From an uncultured Aquiluna sp. (GTDB taxonomy: Bacteria > Actinomycetota > Actinomycetes > Actinomycetales > Microbacteriaceae), in NCBI GenBank assembly GCA_964597935.1, contig CAZQZY010000001.1:19765-83764 (forward strand): 64,000 nt of DNA, written 5' to 3'. The notes under the pieces were generated by a model. That model saw only the letters and a list, made by a program, of their open reading frames with translations. It did not search any database and was not told the DNA's origin. Made by a program: the position numbers and the translations under genes. Positions 21,885-32,970 of the stretch are shown here, piece by piece (within the stretch, counting starts at the first letter, position 1; each line of letters begins with the position of its first letter).

Positions 21885-23053
21885 TGAACACTCAGCTCTC
21901 ATCTGCTGCTAGCTCAAAGCTAGAACAGTTGATCAGAAGGCTTTTTGCACTAACCGTCGCTTTAGCGAGCATTGAAACCTTTGCCAATGCTTTCAACCAA
22001 CTAGAACTTCTAACCCCACTGGGCCAAGCTTCAGTCTGGCTGCTGTTGCTAGTTGTAGTTCTGATATTGGTCACCACATGGCCCAGGGTGGGAACTGATC
22101 TGTTTCTGTATTTCTACTCGGTGCTGTCACTTCTATACATGGCGTCCTGGCCCCTGGCGGTATCGGATCCGGCTCTTTTACCCTCGGAATTCCAACCTTG
22201 GATCTGGTGGGTTATCGGCATGGGCGTTGTGGCCATGGGTGTGGTTGCGAGGCCATGGGTGGCCCTTGGCTATTTGCTTGTGACCACTTTCTCCTGGTTC
22301 CTACTCAACACCTCATACTTCGGGGGCGCTGCCGATCCGTGGGTGACCTTGCAGGACTCTACGTATATCTTCTTGTTCGGTGGCACGATTCTCGGTCTGT
22401 TCATTCTGGTTCGTGACTCAGTAAAGAAAGTTGACCTCGCAAACTCTGCAGTGATTCAGGCGGCGGTAGCTCAGGCCTCTGTCGACGCCACTGAGCGCGA
22501 GCGCCAGCGAATCGATGCCTTGGTTCATGACAAGGTTTTGAATACCCTGCTGCTTGCCGCAAAGGCCAAAACCAAGGACGAGGAGCAATCCGCGGCAAAG
22601 CTGGCGAAGGAGGCGATCCACTCGCTTCGCATGGCCCAGCGAGAACCTGATGATTCCTCCACGGTTTCACAGCTCGGTCTATTCAGGGCCCTCAAGCGGG
22701 TTGCGGAACAGATGAACAAAGACATAGCGGTTGATATTCAGTCTGGTGGCACCGAGGCAATCCCGCAGCAGGTTGCTCAGGCACTCACGGAGGCAACCAT
22801 TCAGGCCATCGATAACGCACTTCGGCACTCCAAGGCCAGCAAAATTCAACTCACCCTGCAAAGCATCGAAGAGCGTGGCGTCAAGGTTAGGTTGCGAGAT
22901 GACGGGATTGGCTTCCGAATCGACCGAATTCCAAGAGATCGCATCGGAGTCAGGACCAGCATTTTTGCAAGGCTTGAGGCCGTGAAGGGCAAAGCCAGCG
23001 TAATAACCGGCTTGGGCGAAGGTACCGAAATCACCCTGGAGTGGAAACCATGA
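21884..23053 (+). CDS. membrane sensor histidine kinase (HisKA_3-like)
   Basis: About 5-6 TM segments, ERQRIDALVHD H-box, NALRHS N-box, DDGIGF, GEGT; TAGTG overlap with the regulator gene. Confidence 0.88.
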   Translation: MNTQLSSAASSKLEQLIRRLFALTVALASIETFANAFNQLELLTPLGQASVWLLLLVVVLILVTTWPRVGTDLFLYFYSVLSLLYMASWPLAVSDPALLPSEFQPWIWWVIGMGVVAMGVVARPWVALGYLLVTTFSWFLLNTSYFGGAADPWVTLQDSTYIFLFGGTILGLFILVRDSVKKVDLANSAVIQAAVAQASVDATERERQRIDALVHDKVLNTLLLAAKAKTKDEEQSAAKLAKEAIHSLRMAQREPDDSSTVSQLGLFRALKRVAEQMNKDIAVDIQSGGTEAIPQQVAQALTEATIQAIDNALRHSKASKIQLTLQSIEERGVKVRLRDDGIGFRIDRIPRDRIGVRTSIFARLEAVKGKASVITGLGEGTEITLEWKP

Positions 23054-24015
23054 TCAGGGTTCCAAGACTGGCACTGAGCATCTTTACCCTCGCCTTTGGG
23101 GTCTACCACGCGATTTTGGGTCTCACAAATCTCAGTGCGTACAGCGATGCAGGCTACGCCCTGTTTGCAATCTTGGTCTACCTCGCCGGGTTGGTCGCAG
23201 CGGTTGCAACGATGCCGGGTCTGAGACTTAGAAACATGGTCGCCTGGTGGGTCTTGGTCGCCAATGTTTTCGTGCCACTTTTTATGTCGGCAGCAATCTA
23301 TCCAGGTGCCACATTCGGTTACACCACCTGGCACGTTTCTGGAGTCGCAACCGTGATGGCCATCCTTGCCGTTAGGCAGCACCCCTTCATGGCCTGGTTC
23401 GGAACCGCCTTCTTGATTATCCAGACGCTGATCTGGGGTGGTCTTGAAGTCGCATTCAACTCTGGAGTGGTGGGTGCATTCCTTTTGGTTTTGGCCGCTC
23501 AGGCCACGGCATCTCTGCTTGCTCGGTCGGCGGATGCGGCACAGGAGTTTCTTGAGCAGGCGGTTGCGACCGAGGCAGCGACTGCCGCAACTACAGCTGC
23601 CCGCCAGGAACGTCAGGCTCGAATCCAGGCCACGCTTGCAGAATCGCTCCCGCTGCTGGATCAAATCGCCAAACGCAGAGGCCGGCTTTCAGCGAAGGAT
23701 CGGTTGCTGGCGGTTTTGAAAGAGCATGAGCTCAGGGATCAAATTAGAGGTAGGTCTCTGATGCATCCCGAGCTGATCAAGGCGGCAAGGGAAGCACGCA
23801 GTCGGGGTGTTGAGGTTCAGCTGCTTGATGATGGTGGGTTTGACAATGTTGATCCGATTGAGATTTCAACTACCTTGAAAAAAGTTGCGAAAGAGCTCAA
23901 CAAAATCACCGCGGGCAAGGTGGTAATCCGGGCATCGCAGGGTGAAGGTTGGAAATTAACTATGGCGGCGCTGCGTAAAGAAGCCGATCGCCCCGACCTT
24001 TTCTTGAGGCTCTAA
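23050..24015 (+). CDS. membrane protein, degenerate histidine-kinase-like partner
   Basis: About 6 TM segments, Ala-rich coiled coil ending ARQER, remnant VQLLDDGG, no H-box His or N-box; ATGA overlap with the kinase. Confidence 0.7.
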   Translation: MIRVPRLALSIFTLAFGVYHAILGLTNLSAYSDAGYALFAILVYLAGLVAAVATMPGLRLRNMVAWWVLVANVFVPLFMSAAIYPGATFGYTTWHVSGVATVMAILAVRQHPFMAWFGTAFLIIQTLIWGGLEVAFNSGVVGAFLLVLAAQATASLLARSADAAQEFLEQAVATEAATAATTAARQERQARIQATLAESLPLLDQIAKRRGRLSAKDRLLAVLKEHELRDQIRGRSLMHPELIKAAREARSRGVEVQLLDDGGFDNVDPIEISTTLKKVAKELNKITAGKVVIRASQGEGWKLTMAALRKEADRPDLFLRL

Positions 24016-24050
24016 AAAGGTGTAAGGGGCGGATTTCTCCGCCCCACACC
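24014..24050 (-). terminator. intrinsic terminator on the minus strand
   Basis: GGTGT-GGGGCGGA-GAAA-TCCGCCCC-TT-ACACC-TTTTT. Confidence 0.75.
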
Positions 24051-24101
24051 CCAGCGACCGAATCGGTCGAGAACCCAGCACCCTTACTGCTGACTGGTTC
24101 T
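24014..24101 (-). ncRNA. candidate small structured RNA (three hairpins, U-tailed terminator)
   Basis: Hairpins at 24070-24101, 24055-24069 and 24019-24050 followed by T5 on the minus strand; TAGCTT -10 at 24113-24108. Confidence 0.5.
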
Positions 24102-24145
24102 AGGTAAAAGCTATTGAACTCGACCCGCGCTTGAAATGCGAAAAC

Positions 24146-24176
24146 GGACATTTTTTGTCCCCTTTTTTAGGGGACA
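24146..24176. promoter_or_regulatory. palindromic operator array
   Basis: TGTCCCCT-N5-AGGGGACA (24156-24176) overlapping GGACA-N5-TGTCC (24146-24160). Confidence 0.55.
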
Positions 24177-24177
24177 G

Positions 24178-24399
24178 TTACTTTCCGAGCCAGCTGCCCC
24201 AACCGCTTGAAATTTGGCCTCGCAGCTGCTCGGGAGAGCGGTGCCAGGTGGTCTTTGGTGGGCGAAGTGCGATGCGACCCAGTCTGCGAGATTCCAGAAT
24301 TGCAGCTTCAACTACCGCCAGCGCGGCCGCTTGATCCTCTTCATCTCCACCCCTAATGGTCAGGAGAGCTTGGATTTCTTCAGGTGAGTACTGCTTCAT
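24178..24399 (-). CDS. accE: acyl-CoA carboxylase epsilon subunit
   Basis: Small ORF coupled (TAATG) to the beta subunit; IRGG..E..AAALAVV, W-containing C-terminus. Confidence 0.7.
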   Translation of the reverse strand: MKQYSPEEIQALLTIRGGDEEDQAAALAVVEAAILESRRLGRIALRPPKTTWHRSPEQLRGQISSGWGSWLGK

Positions 24400-25988
24400 T
24401 AGAGCGGAATGTTTCCGTGCTTCTTTGGAGGCAGGCTTGCCCGTTTCGTCTTTAGCGCTCGCAAGGATCTGATGATTGCGGTTCTAGTTTGCGATGGTTC
24501 GATGATGCCATCAAGCTCACCTCGCTCCGCCGCTAGGAATGGGCTTGCCACGTTGTAGGTGTACTCCTTGGCGAGCTGATCTCGAACCTTCGCGATATCT
24601 AGACCCTGTTCCTGGGCCTCCTTGATCTTGTCGCGGAAAAGAATGTTCACCGCTCCCTGGCCACCCATCACCGCAATCTCGGCGGTGGGCCATGCGAGGT
24701 TGATATCGGCTCCCAGCTGCTTCGAGCCCATCACGATGTATGCGCCTCCGTAGGCCTTGCGAGTAATAACGGTCACCAGTGGCACGGTTGCTTCAGCGTA
24801 TGCGTAGAGCAGCTTGGCTCCCCGTCGAATCACTCCGGCCCACTCTTGGTCGGTCCCCGGTAGATAACCAGGTACGTCTACCAGCGTGAGAATTGGGATT
24901 GAGAATGCATCGCAGAATCGAACAAAACGAGCTGCTTTCTCACCAGCATCAATGTTCAATGTTCCAGCCATTTGAGATGGCTGGTTGGCCACGATACCGA
25001 CGCTCGCACCATCCACTCTGGCAAAACCGATGATGATGTTTGGCGCGAATAGCGGTTGAACTTCGAGGAATTCGCCCTCATCCACGATTGACTCAATGAT
25101 GGTCTTCATGTCGTAGGGCTGGTTCGGAGAATCAGGAATGATGCTGTTTAGCTTCTTGTCTTCCTCGGTAATCTCAAGCTCAGCTTCGGACTGGTAAACC
25201 ACTGTCTCGGAGAGATTGTTCTCAGGCAGGTATCCGACCAAAGACTTCACATAGTCGATCGCGTCAGCCTCGTCATCGGCGAGGTAGTGGGCAACACCTG
25301 AGGTCTCGTTGTGGGCTCTCGCCCCACCAAGTTCTTCCATGCCTACGTCTTCGCCGGTGACTGTCTTAATGACATCAGGGCCGGTAACGAACATGTTTGA
25401 GGTCTTGTCGACCATGATCACAAAGTCAGTTAGCGCCGGGGAGTAAACCGCACCTCCTGCGGCCGGACCCATGATGATAGAAATCTGTGGGATTACACCC
25501 GAAGCCATGGTGTTGAGTTTGAAGATCTCACCGTATTTACCTAGGGCGATCACACCCTCTTGAATTCGAGCACCACCGGAATCAAGAATTCCAATCAGGG
25601 GCACTCCGGTTTTGATGGCATGCTCCATTACCTTGATGATCTTGTTTCCAGCGGCTTCACCGAGCGAACCTCCGAAGATTGTGAAGTCTTGGGAGAAAAC
25701 TGCTACCTGACGACCGTGGATGGTCCCAACACCAGTGATTACCGAATCGCCGTAGGGCCGCTTGGCATCCATGCCAAAGGCTGTGGAGCGGTGACGAACA
25801 AACTCATCGAACTCGACGAACGAACCCTCGTCCAGAAGCATCGCCACGCGCTCACGAGCGGTGAGCTTTCCCTTAGCGTGCTGCTTCTCGATTGCCGCAG
25901 CGCCCGCAGCGGTCACTGCCTCGTTATAGCGAGAACGGTAGTCCTCAAGCTTGCCCGAGGTGGTTGATAAATCTGGGGTGTTAGACAC
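24399..25988 (-). CDS. pccB: acyl-CoA carboxylase beta (carboxyltransferase) subunit, AccD5/PccB
   Basis: [45 protein letters not shown]; start set at GTG 25988 after GGAG. Confidence 0.92.
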   Translation of the reverse strand: MSNTPDLSTTSGKLEDYRSRYNEAVTAAGAAAIEKQHAKGKLTARERVAMLLDEGSFVEFDEFVRHRSTAFGMDAKRPYGDSVITGVGTIHGRQVAVFSQDFTIFGGSLGEAAGNKIIKVMEHAIKTGVPLIGILDSGGARIQEGVIALGKYGEIFKLNTMASGVIPQISIIMGPAAGGAVYSPALTDFVIMVDKTSNMFVTGPDVIKTVTGEDVGMEELGGARAHNETSGVAHYLADDEADAIDYVKSLVGYLPENNLSETVVYQSEAELEITEEDKKLNSIIPDSPNQPYDMKTIIESIVDEGEFLEVQPLFAPNIIIGFARVDGASVGIVANQPSQMAGTLNIDAGEKAARFVRFCDAFSIPILTLVDVPGYLPGTDQEWAGVIRRGAKLLYAYAEATVPLVTVITRKAYGGAYIVMGSKQLGADINLAWPTAEIAVMGGQGAVNILFRDKIKEAQEQGLDIAKVRDQLAKEYTYNVASPFLAAERGELDGIIEPSQTRTAIIRSLRALKTKRASLPPKKHGNIPL

Positions 25989-26114
25989 ATCTGCTCCTTG
26001 CTGCTCGCCTACTTTATCGGGGCATAGCGGCACCAGTTTTTAGCACTAGCTACAAGTAAATCCCAAAATCGTAGTGATTACCTACAACCAGGGCTCTTCC
26101 GCTAGCGTTTTGCT

Positions 26115-26852
26115 GTGCTAACCAATTCCAGTCGAGCTGTTCCCAGGCTTGAGTTTTTTGAGTCGGTGGATTCCACCAACCTGATGCTCGAGCGTGCGGA
26201 TCGTGGCGCAATGCCTGAGCTCACAGCTTTTGTGGCAGCGAGCCAAACTGCTGGACAGGGTCGTCTTGGCCGAACTTGGGTCTCAGAACCAGGCAGTTCA
26301 ATCTCACTTTCCTTACTTCTGAGGCCAAATGACCTAGCACGCAAGGGTTGGTTGACTCTTATGATGGCGGCTTCGGTCCGCGCCACAGTTGAGCAATTTG
26401 CTCCCGAGAGTAAACCGCTGATCAAATGGCCCAACGATGTGCTGGTGGTCGAGCGGAAGATTTCCGGAATTCTGGCCAAAGCGCTGGGCGATGAGGTGGT
26501 TCTCGGAGTTGGGTTGAACCTAAAGTCCCAACAGGGTGCGCCAGAAACCGCGATTGCGCTTGATGAGCTTGGCTGTGACGCAAGCTTCGACGAAGTTTTG
26601 TTTGAACTGCTGACTCAGTTCAGAGCTCGATATGCGAAGTTCCAGTCGGATGCTCACTGGGCGGTCTCAGACCTGGCTGCGGAGTTTCGCGAGAACTCGG
26701 CAACCCTGGGTTCGAATGTGATTGCGATGTTGCCGGGTGGTTCGCAAATTCAGGGTTTGGCAATCGACATCGATGCGGATGGCAATCTACTGATCGAATC
26801 CGATGTAATCCACACAATTTCCGCAGCAGACATCATTCATCTGAGAAACTAG
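26115..26852 (+). CDS. birA: biotin--[acetyl-CoA-carboxylase] ligase (no HTH domain)
   Basis: DSTN, QTAGQGRLGRTW, KWPND, KISGIL, GVGLN. Confidence 0.93.
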   Translation: MLTNSSRAVPRLEFFESVDSTNLMLERADRGAMPELTAFVAASQTAGQGRLGRTWVSEPGSSISLSLLLRPNDLARKGWLTLMMAASVRATVEQFAPESKPLIKWPNDVLVVERKISGILAKALGDEVVLGVGLNLKSQQGAPETAIALDELGCDASFDEVLFELLTQFRARYAKFQSDAHWAVSDLAAEFRENSATLGSNVIAMLPGGSQIQGLAIDIDADGNLLIESDVIHTISAADIIHLRN

Positions 26853-26871
26853 GGTTTCCCTAGGAGGTCCC

Positions 26872-28008
26872 GTGGCGATTATCGGTGTCATCGGTGGTGG
26901 GCAGCTTGCCCGCATGATGCAACCAGCCGCCATCAATCTCGGCATCGAACTTCGGGTTTTTGCCGAGTCAGCGGACTCAAGCGCTCACCAAGCCGCTTAC
27001 CGAGTAGGTGACTACAACAATCTTGAAAACCTGATCGAGTTTTGCCACGATCTGGATGCTCTCACATTTGATCACGAGCATGTTCCGCAACCGCTATTGC
27101 AGGCTCTCGAAGCTCGAAACGTGAAGGTGAGGCCGGGGTCTCAAGCTCTGATCCATGCCCAAAACAAACTTGTCATGCGGCAGCGGCTGGAAGCGCTTGG
27201 GATGCCGCAGCCCAATTGGACCAGAGCTGAGAGCGCTGCAGAAATTCAGAACTTCATTGACTCCTTCGGCCCGAAGGTCATCGTCAAGACTCCAATCGGC
27301 GGTTACGACGGCAAGGGGGTTCGAGTGGTTAGCGAAGTCTCCGAAGTTTCTGACTGGCTCGCGAACCTGGAGCAATTTGGCGGAGCGTTGCTTGTAGAGC
27401 AGAAGGTTGAATTCACTTCCGAGTGTGCTCAGCTTTCAGCTCGTAATCTGTCCAACCAGTTTGTCACTTGGCCGCTTGCTCAGACGATTCAGGCCTCTGG
27501 GGTTTGCTCAGAGGTGATTGCCCCATTTGGTGATTCAAAGCTCCAGGCTGAAGCGGTTCGAATCGCTCAGGCAATCAGCACTGAGCTCGGTGTGGTTGGA
27601 GTATTGGCAGTCGAGATGTTTGTCACATCAGATGGCGACTTGCTGGTGAACGAGCTGGCAATGCGTCCTCACAACTCCGGCCACTTCACCCAGGATGCGT
27701 CCGTTACCTCACAGTTTGAGCAGCACCTGAGAGCTGTCTTGGATCTCCCCCTGGGAGACACCGAACTAACCCACCCGGCTGCGGTGATGATCAACCTGCT
27801 CGGGGTGAACGATCAAAACAATCTGGTAGAGCACTTCCCATCGGTCATGAAGCGCTTCCCGCAAATCAAATTCCACTTCTACCAAAAGGCGGCCCGCGCA
27901 GGTAGGAAGATGGGGCATCTAAATCTCTTTGGCGAAGATGCCAGCGAACTGGTCAGAATTGGCAGAGCGGCGAGAGAGCAGATCTATAACGAAGGGGTGG
28001 AGCGCTGA
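26872..28008 (+). CDS. purK: N5-carboxyaminoimidazole ribonucleotide synthase
   Basis: [32 protein letters not shown]. Confidence 0.95.
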   Translation: MAIIGVIGGGQLARMMQPAAINLGIELRVFAESADSSAHQAAYRVGDYNNLENLIEFCHDLDALTFDHEHVPQPLLQALEARNVKVRPGSQALIHAQNKLVMRQRLEALGMPQPNWTRAESAAEIQNFIDSFGPKVIVKTPIGGYDGKGVRVVSEVSEVSDWLANLEQFGGALLVEQKVEFTSECAQLSARNLSNQFVTWPLAQTIQASGVCSEVIAPFGDSKLQAEAVRIAQAISTELGVVGVLAVEMFVTSDGDLLVNELAMRPHNSGHFTQDASVTSQFEQHLRAVLDLPLGDTELTHPAAVMINLLGVNDQNNLVEHFPSVMKRFPQIKFHFYQKAARAGRKMGHLNLFGEDASELVRIGRAAREQIYNEGVER

Positions 28009-28499
28009 TGGCCAAAGTAGCGATCGTGATGGGTTCGGATTCGGACTGGAAAGTCATGGAGGCAGCACACCAGACCCTCTCGGAGTTTGGCGTTGACAGT
28101 GAGGTAAATGTACTGAGCGCTCACCGCACGCCGGAGGAGATGATCAGCTGGGGCACCCAGGCAGCCAAGTCAGGTTTTCAGGTGGTGATTGCTGGCGCCG
28201 GAGGTGCTGCGCATCTACCGGGCATGATCGCATCGGTAACATCCCTGCCGGTGATTGGGGTCCCAGTCTCGCTCGGCAAGCTCGATGGGATGGATTCACT
28301 GCTTTCCATAGTCCAAATGCCAGCCGGGGTCCCGGTGGCAACGGTCTCGATTGATGGCGCTAAGAACGCAGCGCTGCTGGCGCTTCGGATTCTTGGTGCC
28401 ACGGACAGCGATATCCAAAGCAAACTCGATGACTATCGCGAATCACTAAAAGCGATCGTCGCTCAGAAGAACTCGGATCTGCGCTCCAGGCTCCAATAA
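28008..28499 (+). CDS. purE: N5-CAIR mutase
   Basis: [35 protein letters not shown]. Confidence 0.97.
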   Translation: MAKVAIVMGSDSDWKVMEAAHQTLSEFGVDSEVNVLSAHRTPEEMISWGTQAAKSGFQVVIAGAGGAAHLPGMIASVTSLPVIGVPVSLGKLDGMDSLLSIVQMPAGVPVATVSIDGAKNAALLALRILGATDSDIQSKLDDYRESLKAIVAQKNSDLRSRLQ

Positions 28500-28571
28500 T
28501 CCGAAACCGCCTTTATTTGGAGGGTTTTCTAAGAATCTCAACTTAGGGTTGAAGCTGGCCGGAGGTGAGCT

Positions 28572-29093
28572 TTGACTAAGTTTTTTGCGTTTCTAACTCT
28601 TTCTGCCAGCGCCCTGCTTCTAACTGGATGCAGTGTTTTCTATCCAAACTGGGGCGCAACCTCACTTCCCGAAGAACCGACCGAACAGGTTACCGAGACT
28701 GCTAGCGCAGAGCCGGAGCCAACTGCTTCCGAGACCGCGACCGAGACCGCAGAGCCGGAGCCAACTGAATCAGAAACCCAAAAGCCTGAACCAAAGAAGA
28801 CCACTGTCGAGATCATCATGGCAGTTGCCGAACCTGAGGTCGGGGTCCTGACTGTGGTAGCTCGCGCACCTGAGGTAATCGACGAAGGCGGCAAGTGCAC
28901 AGTTCGGTTCCAGTCTGGAAACTTTGACAAAAAGTTCACCGTAAAGGCTGAACCCTCAGCCGATTACACCCAGTGTCACCCAATCGAAATCCCCCTAAAA
29001 GATCTAGTAGCGGGGGAGGGGATTGTCACCGTCAGCTACTCCTCGGATAACTATGTCGGCACTTCGGCAGCTAGCTCGGTGGTGATCCCGTAG
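28572..29093 (+). CDS. hypothetical lipoprotein with acidic Glu/Pro/Thr linker and a small beta domain
   Basis: Lipobox LLTGC, GGAGG SD, two Cys in the C-terminal domain; TAGTG overlap with the next gene. Confidence 0.7.
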   Translation: MTKFFAFLTLSASALLLTGCSVFYPNWGATSLPEEPTEQVTETASAEPEPTASETATETAEPEPTESETQKPEPKKTTVEIIMAVAEPEVGVLTVVARAPEVIDEGGKCTVRFQSGNFDKKFTVKAEPSADYTQCHPIEIPLKDLVAGEGIVTVSYSSDNYVGTSAASSVVIP

Positions 29094-31969
29094 TGCGCAA
29101 GCTCCTCAGTCTTATTGCGTCTGCTGCAATGATCGCGGTTGGCTTTGTTGCGCTACCGTCAGCGCAGCAACCAGCGGAAGCAGCTCCTCCGGGCTCGGCA
29201 TTTGACCCCGGGCTGATCATCTCCGACAGCGTTTTTTATGACTTTGGTTCAATGACCCTAAAGCAGGTAGAGGACTTCCTGGATTCGAGAGTGTCGAATT
29301 GCCGAGCAACCGACCCAGCGATTGATTGCCTAAAGAACTACCGAATGGACATACCCGAGACCCCGGCAACAGGCCCCCGGGAGGTTGGACCTTGCAAGGC
29401 GATCCCTGCCAAGGCCAATGCAACCGCCGCTGAGGTTATCTATGTGATCTCGCAGGCTTGCGGTATCAACCCCGAGGTTTTGATTGTCACCTTGCAAAAG
29501 GAGCAGGGTTTAGTCACATCAACCAGACCCACCTCGTACATGTATCGAGCGGCGATGGGGTTCGGCTGTCCAGACTCCGATCCGGCGATTTGCGGCAAGG
29601 TATTTGTCGGTTTATTCAATCAGGTCTACCGTGCCGCAAAACAGTTCCGCTGGTATGGAAACCCGGAAGGGTCTTTTACTTACTGGAAGCCCGGTCGCAC
29701 CATTTCGATGCGTTACAACCCAAAGGCATCCTGTGGTTCGACCAGCTTCCCGTTGAAGTCGCAAGCAACTGCGAACCTTTACTACTACACCCCATACACC
29801 CCAAATAAGGCAGCCTTAGATAACCTCTACGGCACCGGGGATAGCTGCAGCGCCTACGGAAACCGAAACTTCTGGCGCTTTTTCCACGACTGGTTTGGAT
29901 CTCCAATCGGTGGTGGCTACATCCTCAAGGCTGAGGGGCCAGAGACCTATTTGATTGTCGACAACCTCAAGTACTTGATTACCGATCGAAAACTGATCGA
30001 CAACATTGCTCCGCTGGGACCGCTTGGCACCATCTCGCAGGCCTATCTGGACAGCTTTACCACCTCCGGTGAGGCAAAGCAGATTGTTCGAAATCGGGAT
30101 AATCAGGAAGTCTTCCTGCTGGTTGATGGACTGCGCTATCGGGTCGACTGCGCAACCATTGGTCAATTTGGACTCAGTTGCGATCAGGCAATTCCACTCA
30201 CTGGGGCGCAGATAAATGTCTTCATCTCAGGCGGAAACCTGACCAGGGTCATCGAGACGAACTCGGTCCGCTACTGGATTGAGGGTGGTAGCTATCGAGC
30301 CGTGGTTGGAGATCTAGCGCTCCGAGCCGTTGGCGGAGAAACGATCCCGGTCACCAAACTCGACGTGACCGAGATTCTTGGACTTACGCCAGGCGCCCCA
30401 TTGGCTTCTGACCTGGTGCTCTTTGGCGTTGCTTCGAGTTCAGATTTGGCGATGGTTTACCAGGGAACCGCCTACCGATTTAGTGCAAATCTGGTGAGCA
30501 CACTGCCGCTTCGCAATTGGTTTGAATCAACCAGCGTCTCACTGCAGATCTCAGCCCTGGGGGCCGAGAATCAGACCCGAATGGTTCGCGGCTTCATTTC
30601 AAACAACGCCGGTGGTTCCTACGTCCTCACCCCTCAGGGGAAGCTCACTGTCTCCGACATTGGTAACTGGACCAGTGAGGTAGTCATGCTCCCTGACGCC
30701 GCACTGACCAAAATCCCTGACGCCCCCGGCAGCCTTGCGGCCCCAGCGGTGGTCACCTCAAAGGGAAACAAACTCAGTTACCTGGTGAACCAAGGCGAAC
30801 GTCGGGTCATTCAAAGCTCGGCCATGACGAGCGAATTCCTGGATCTGATGGCTCAACCTCGTGCGATCGAACTCCCGCTCTCGGCCATCAACACGGTAAA
30901 GAGCGTTGGAAATGCTTTCGCACCGGGAGTATTAGTCAGATCAAGAACCTCGAGTCAGCTCTTTATGGTCGATGATTTGAATCGAAAAATCAGAATGCCA
31001 TCGGAGGCGCAAGCCAACGCTCAAATAAAGGCACCAGTTTTCACTCTTGAGCGGGCTGACTTAGACGCCCTTGCAACAAGGACCGGCTTCAACTCGCTGA
31101 AGGTTAGTTGCAATGGCGATGGCTATCTACTCGATAACGGAACGCTCTACCCAATCTCAGCAGCTGCCCTAGGCCAGTTCCCTGGAAAGCCCTACCCCTT
31201 AGCGCTGTCTACCTGTGCGTCTTTCGAGGTTGGAAAACCAGTCGGTCAGTTCCTCCGGGATGGCTCGGGCAAGCTGTTTTTGGTGGAGTCAGGAGTCAAG
31301 CGAAGAATCAGCAACTGGACTCAGTTTGCAGCGCTTCGTGGTGACGCCCCAGGGTTTATTCAGGCCAGCAACTACTTCGCTGGAGCGATCCCTGATGGTC
31401 CCCGCGCTCCCGCTACATTCCAGCTTGCTTCGAATACCGAGATTCCAACCGCGGAGTTCCCGGGACTGGTTTTTGGCGGTGTGGTTGCAGAGCCAAAGCC
31501 CACACCTACGCCAACTCCAACGGCAACTCCCAAGCCGACCACTACGCCTAAGCCCACAGTTTCACCAACCACAACGCCTCGGCCAACCGTCAGTGCCACC
31601 GCCACTGCATCACCGACTCGCTCGGCAACTGTCTCCTACACCGTGGTCTCGGGAGACACGCTGCTGTCCATCGCCCGTAAGTTCTCGGTCAGCACTGCAT
31701 CGATTGCGGTTGCCAACGCAATCACCAATCCAAATAGTTTGAGGATTGGTCAGGTTCTGAAGATTCCACCCGTTGTCAGTGCATCTAGTTCCACTTCAAG
31801 CAACACCTCAAGTCCAACAACACCAAGGACCTACACGGTCAAATCCGGTGACACCCTTAGTTCTATCGCTAGGGCATTGGGCGTGAGCGCGACCGCGCTA
31901 GCAACCCTAAACGGCATTACCAACCCGAATCTGATCCGCGTCGGTCAGGTGCTGAGAGTGCCTAGCTAG
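29093..31969 (+). CDS. secreted LysM-domain protein, putative cell-wall hydrolase
   Basis: Signal peptide (AEA), Cys-rich N-terminal domain with LQKEQGL, internal beta repeats, PT linker, two LysM domains (YTVVSGDTL..., YTVKSGDTL...). Confidence 0.8.
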   Translation: MRKLLSLIASAAMIAVGFVALPSAQQPAEAAPPGSAFDPGLIISDSVFYDFGSMTLKQVEDFLDSRVSNCRATDPAIDCLKNYRMDIPETPATGPREVGPCKAIPAKANATAAEVIYVISQACGINPEVLIVTLQKEQGLVTSTRPTSYMYRAAMGFGCPDSDPAICGKVFVGLFNQVYRAAKQFRWYGNPEGSFTYWKPGRTISMRYNPKASCGSTSFPLKSQATANLYYYTPYTPNKAALDNLYGTGDSCSAYGNRNFWRFFHDWFGSPIGGGYILKAEGPETYLIVDNLKYLITDRKLIDNIAPLGPLGTISQAYLDSFTTSGEAKQIVRNRDNQEVFLLVDGLRYRVDCATIGQFGLSCDQAIPLTGAQINVFISGGNLTRVIETNSVRYWIEGGSYRAVVGDLALRAVGGETIPVTKLDVTEILGLTPGAPLASDLVLFGVASSSDLAMVYQGTAYRFSANLVSTLPLRNWFESTSVSLQISALGAENQTRMVRGFISNNAGGSYVLTPQGKLTVSDIGNWTSEVVMLPDAALTKIPDAPGSLAAPAVVTSKGNKLSYLVNQGERRVIQSSAMTSEFLDLMAQPRAIELPLSAINTVKSVGNAFAPGVLVRSRTSSQLFMVDDLNRKIRMPSEAQANAQIKAPVFTLERADLDALATRTGFNSLKVSCNGDGYLLDNGTLYPISAAALGQFPGKPYPLALSTCASFEVGKPVGQFLRDGSGKLFLVESGVKRRISNWTQFAALRGDAPGFIQASNYFAGAIPDGPRAPATFQLASNTEIPTAEFPGLVFGGVVAEPKPTPTPTPTATPKPTTTPKPTVSPTTTPRPTVSATATASPTRSATVSYTVVSGDTLLSIARKFSVSTASIAVANAITNPNSLRIGQVLKIPPVVSASSSTSSNTSSPTTPRTYTVKSGDTLSSIARALGVSATALATLNGITNPNLIRVGQVLRVPS
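31490..31620 (+). repeat. Pro/Thr-rich low-complexity linker
   Basis: [43 protein letters not shown]. Confidence 0.7.
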
Positions 31970-32912
31970 CAGCCCAGGCCGAGTCGACAATCTCCTTTAG
32001 ACCGTGCTTAGCCGTAAAGCCAAGAATCTTTTGAATTCTCTCCACCTTGGCAACCAGTCGTGGTGGGTCTCCGGGGCGTCGATCTGAGATTGTGTATTGG
32101 AAGTCGATTCCTGACGAAAGCTTCAGTTGCTCCAGCACCTCGATAACTGAAGCACCTTCACCGGTTCCCACGTTGAAGGTGTCGTAGGGCCGATCTTCTC
32201 GTTCAAGGTATTCAACGGCTGCGAGGTGTGCGTCAGCCAGGTCCTGGACGTGAACGTAGTCGCGAATGCAACTGCCATCGGGGGTGGGGTAGTCGTTACC
32301 AAAGACGATTGGAGCTTTGCCAGCCTTCAGAGCATTGATCGCAATTGGGATGAGGTTCAGTGCCGCGGTGTCGGCTAGCTCCTTGGGTCCACAGCCCGCA
32401 ACGTTGAAGTAACGGAGGTTCACTCCCTTGAGGCCCCAAACCTTCGCATTCTGAACCATCCACTCGCCAATCAACTTGGTCTCGCCATAGGGGTTGATGG
32501 GTTTTCCCGGGTAGTCCTCATCTACTTTTTCGACATCTGGCATGCCATAGGTTGCTGCCGAGGAGGAGAAAACAAGTTTCTTCAGGCCAACCTCACGCAT
32601 AGCTAGCAGCAGGTTTGCAAGCCCGCCTAGGTTGTCCAGGTAATAGGTCTCTGGTATTTGTACAGATTCACCCACCTGCTTTCTAGCTGCAAGGTGAATG
32701 ACTGCATCGAACCGCTGCTCTCGCATCAGGCTGGTGAGTTCGCTGAACGCGGTGGGGGAGGCAAGGTCAAGTTTGATTACAGGGCAACTTACTCTGGCTG
32801 GAACACCGGTGGATAGATCGTCAATAACCACGCATTCGTAGCCATTTTGTTCGGCTGACCGCACAACATGGGAGCCAATGTAACCGGCACCGCCTGTAAC
32901 CAAGAGTTTCAT
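31962..32912 (-). CDS. galE: UDP-glucose 4-epimerase
   Basis: [35 protein letters not shown]. Confidence 0.93.
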   Translation of the reverse strand: MKLLVTGGAGYIGSHVVRSAEQNGYECVVIDDLSTGVPARVSCPVIKLDLASPTAFSELTSLMREQRFDAVIHLAARKQVGESVQIPETYYLDNLGGLANLLLAMREVGLKKLVFSSSAATYGMPDVEKVDEDYPGKPINPYGETKLIGEWMVQNAKVWGLKGVNLRYFNVAGCGPKELADTAALNLIPIAINALKAGKAPIVFGNDYPTPDGSCIRDYVHVQDLADAHLAAVEYLEREDRPYDTFNVGTGEGASVIEVLEQLKLSSGIDFQYTISDRRPGDPPRLVAKVERIQKILGFTAKHGLKEIVDSAWAAS

Positions 32913-32970
32913 GCCTAAAGGCTACCTTGAGGCTTTGATAACAATTGTTGCCAACGGAAAATTTCCGGAC

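Noticed and set aside
22846-23664. 272-aa minus-strand ORF, and the many other short overlapping ORFs
   Set aside because: Shadow frames of well-supported genes with no recognisable motifs
24156-24176. Palindrome as terminator of pccB-accE
   Set aside because: Followed by an A-tract on the coding (minus) strand; a U-tailed terminator lies about 110 nt further on. Not fully excluded
23960-24334. Short ORFs crossing the structured intergenic region
   Set aside because: They overlap neighbouring genes and lack translation signals; RNA structure explains the sequence better
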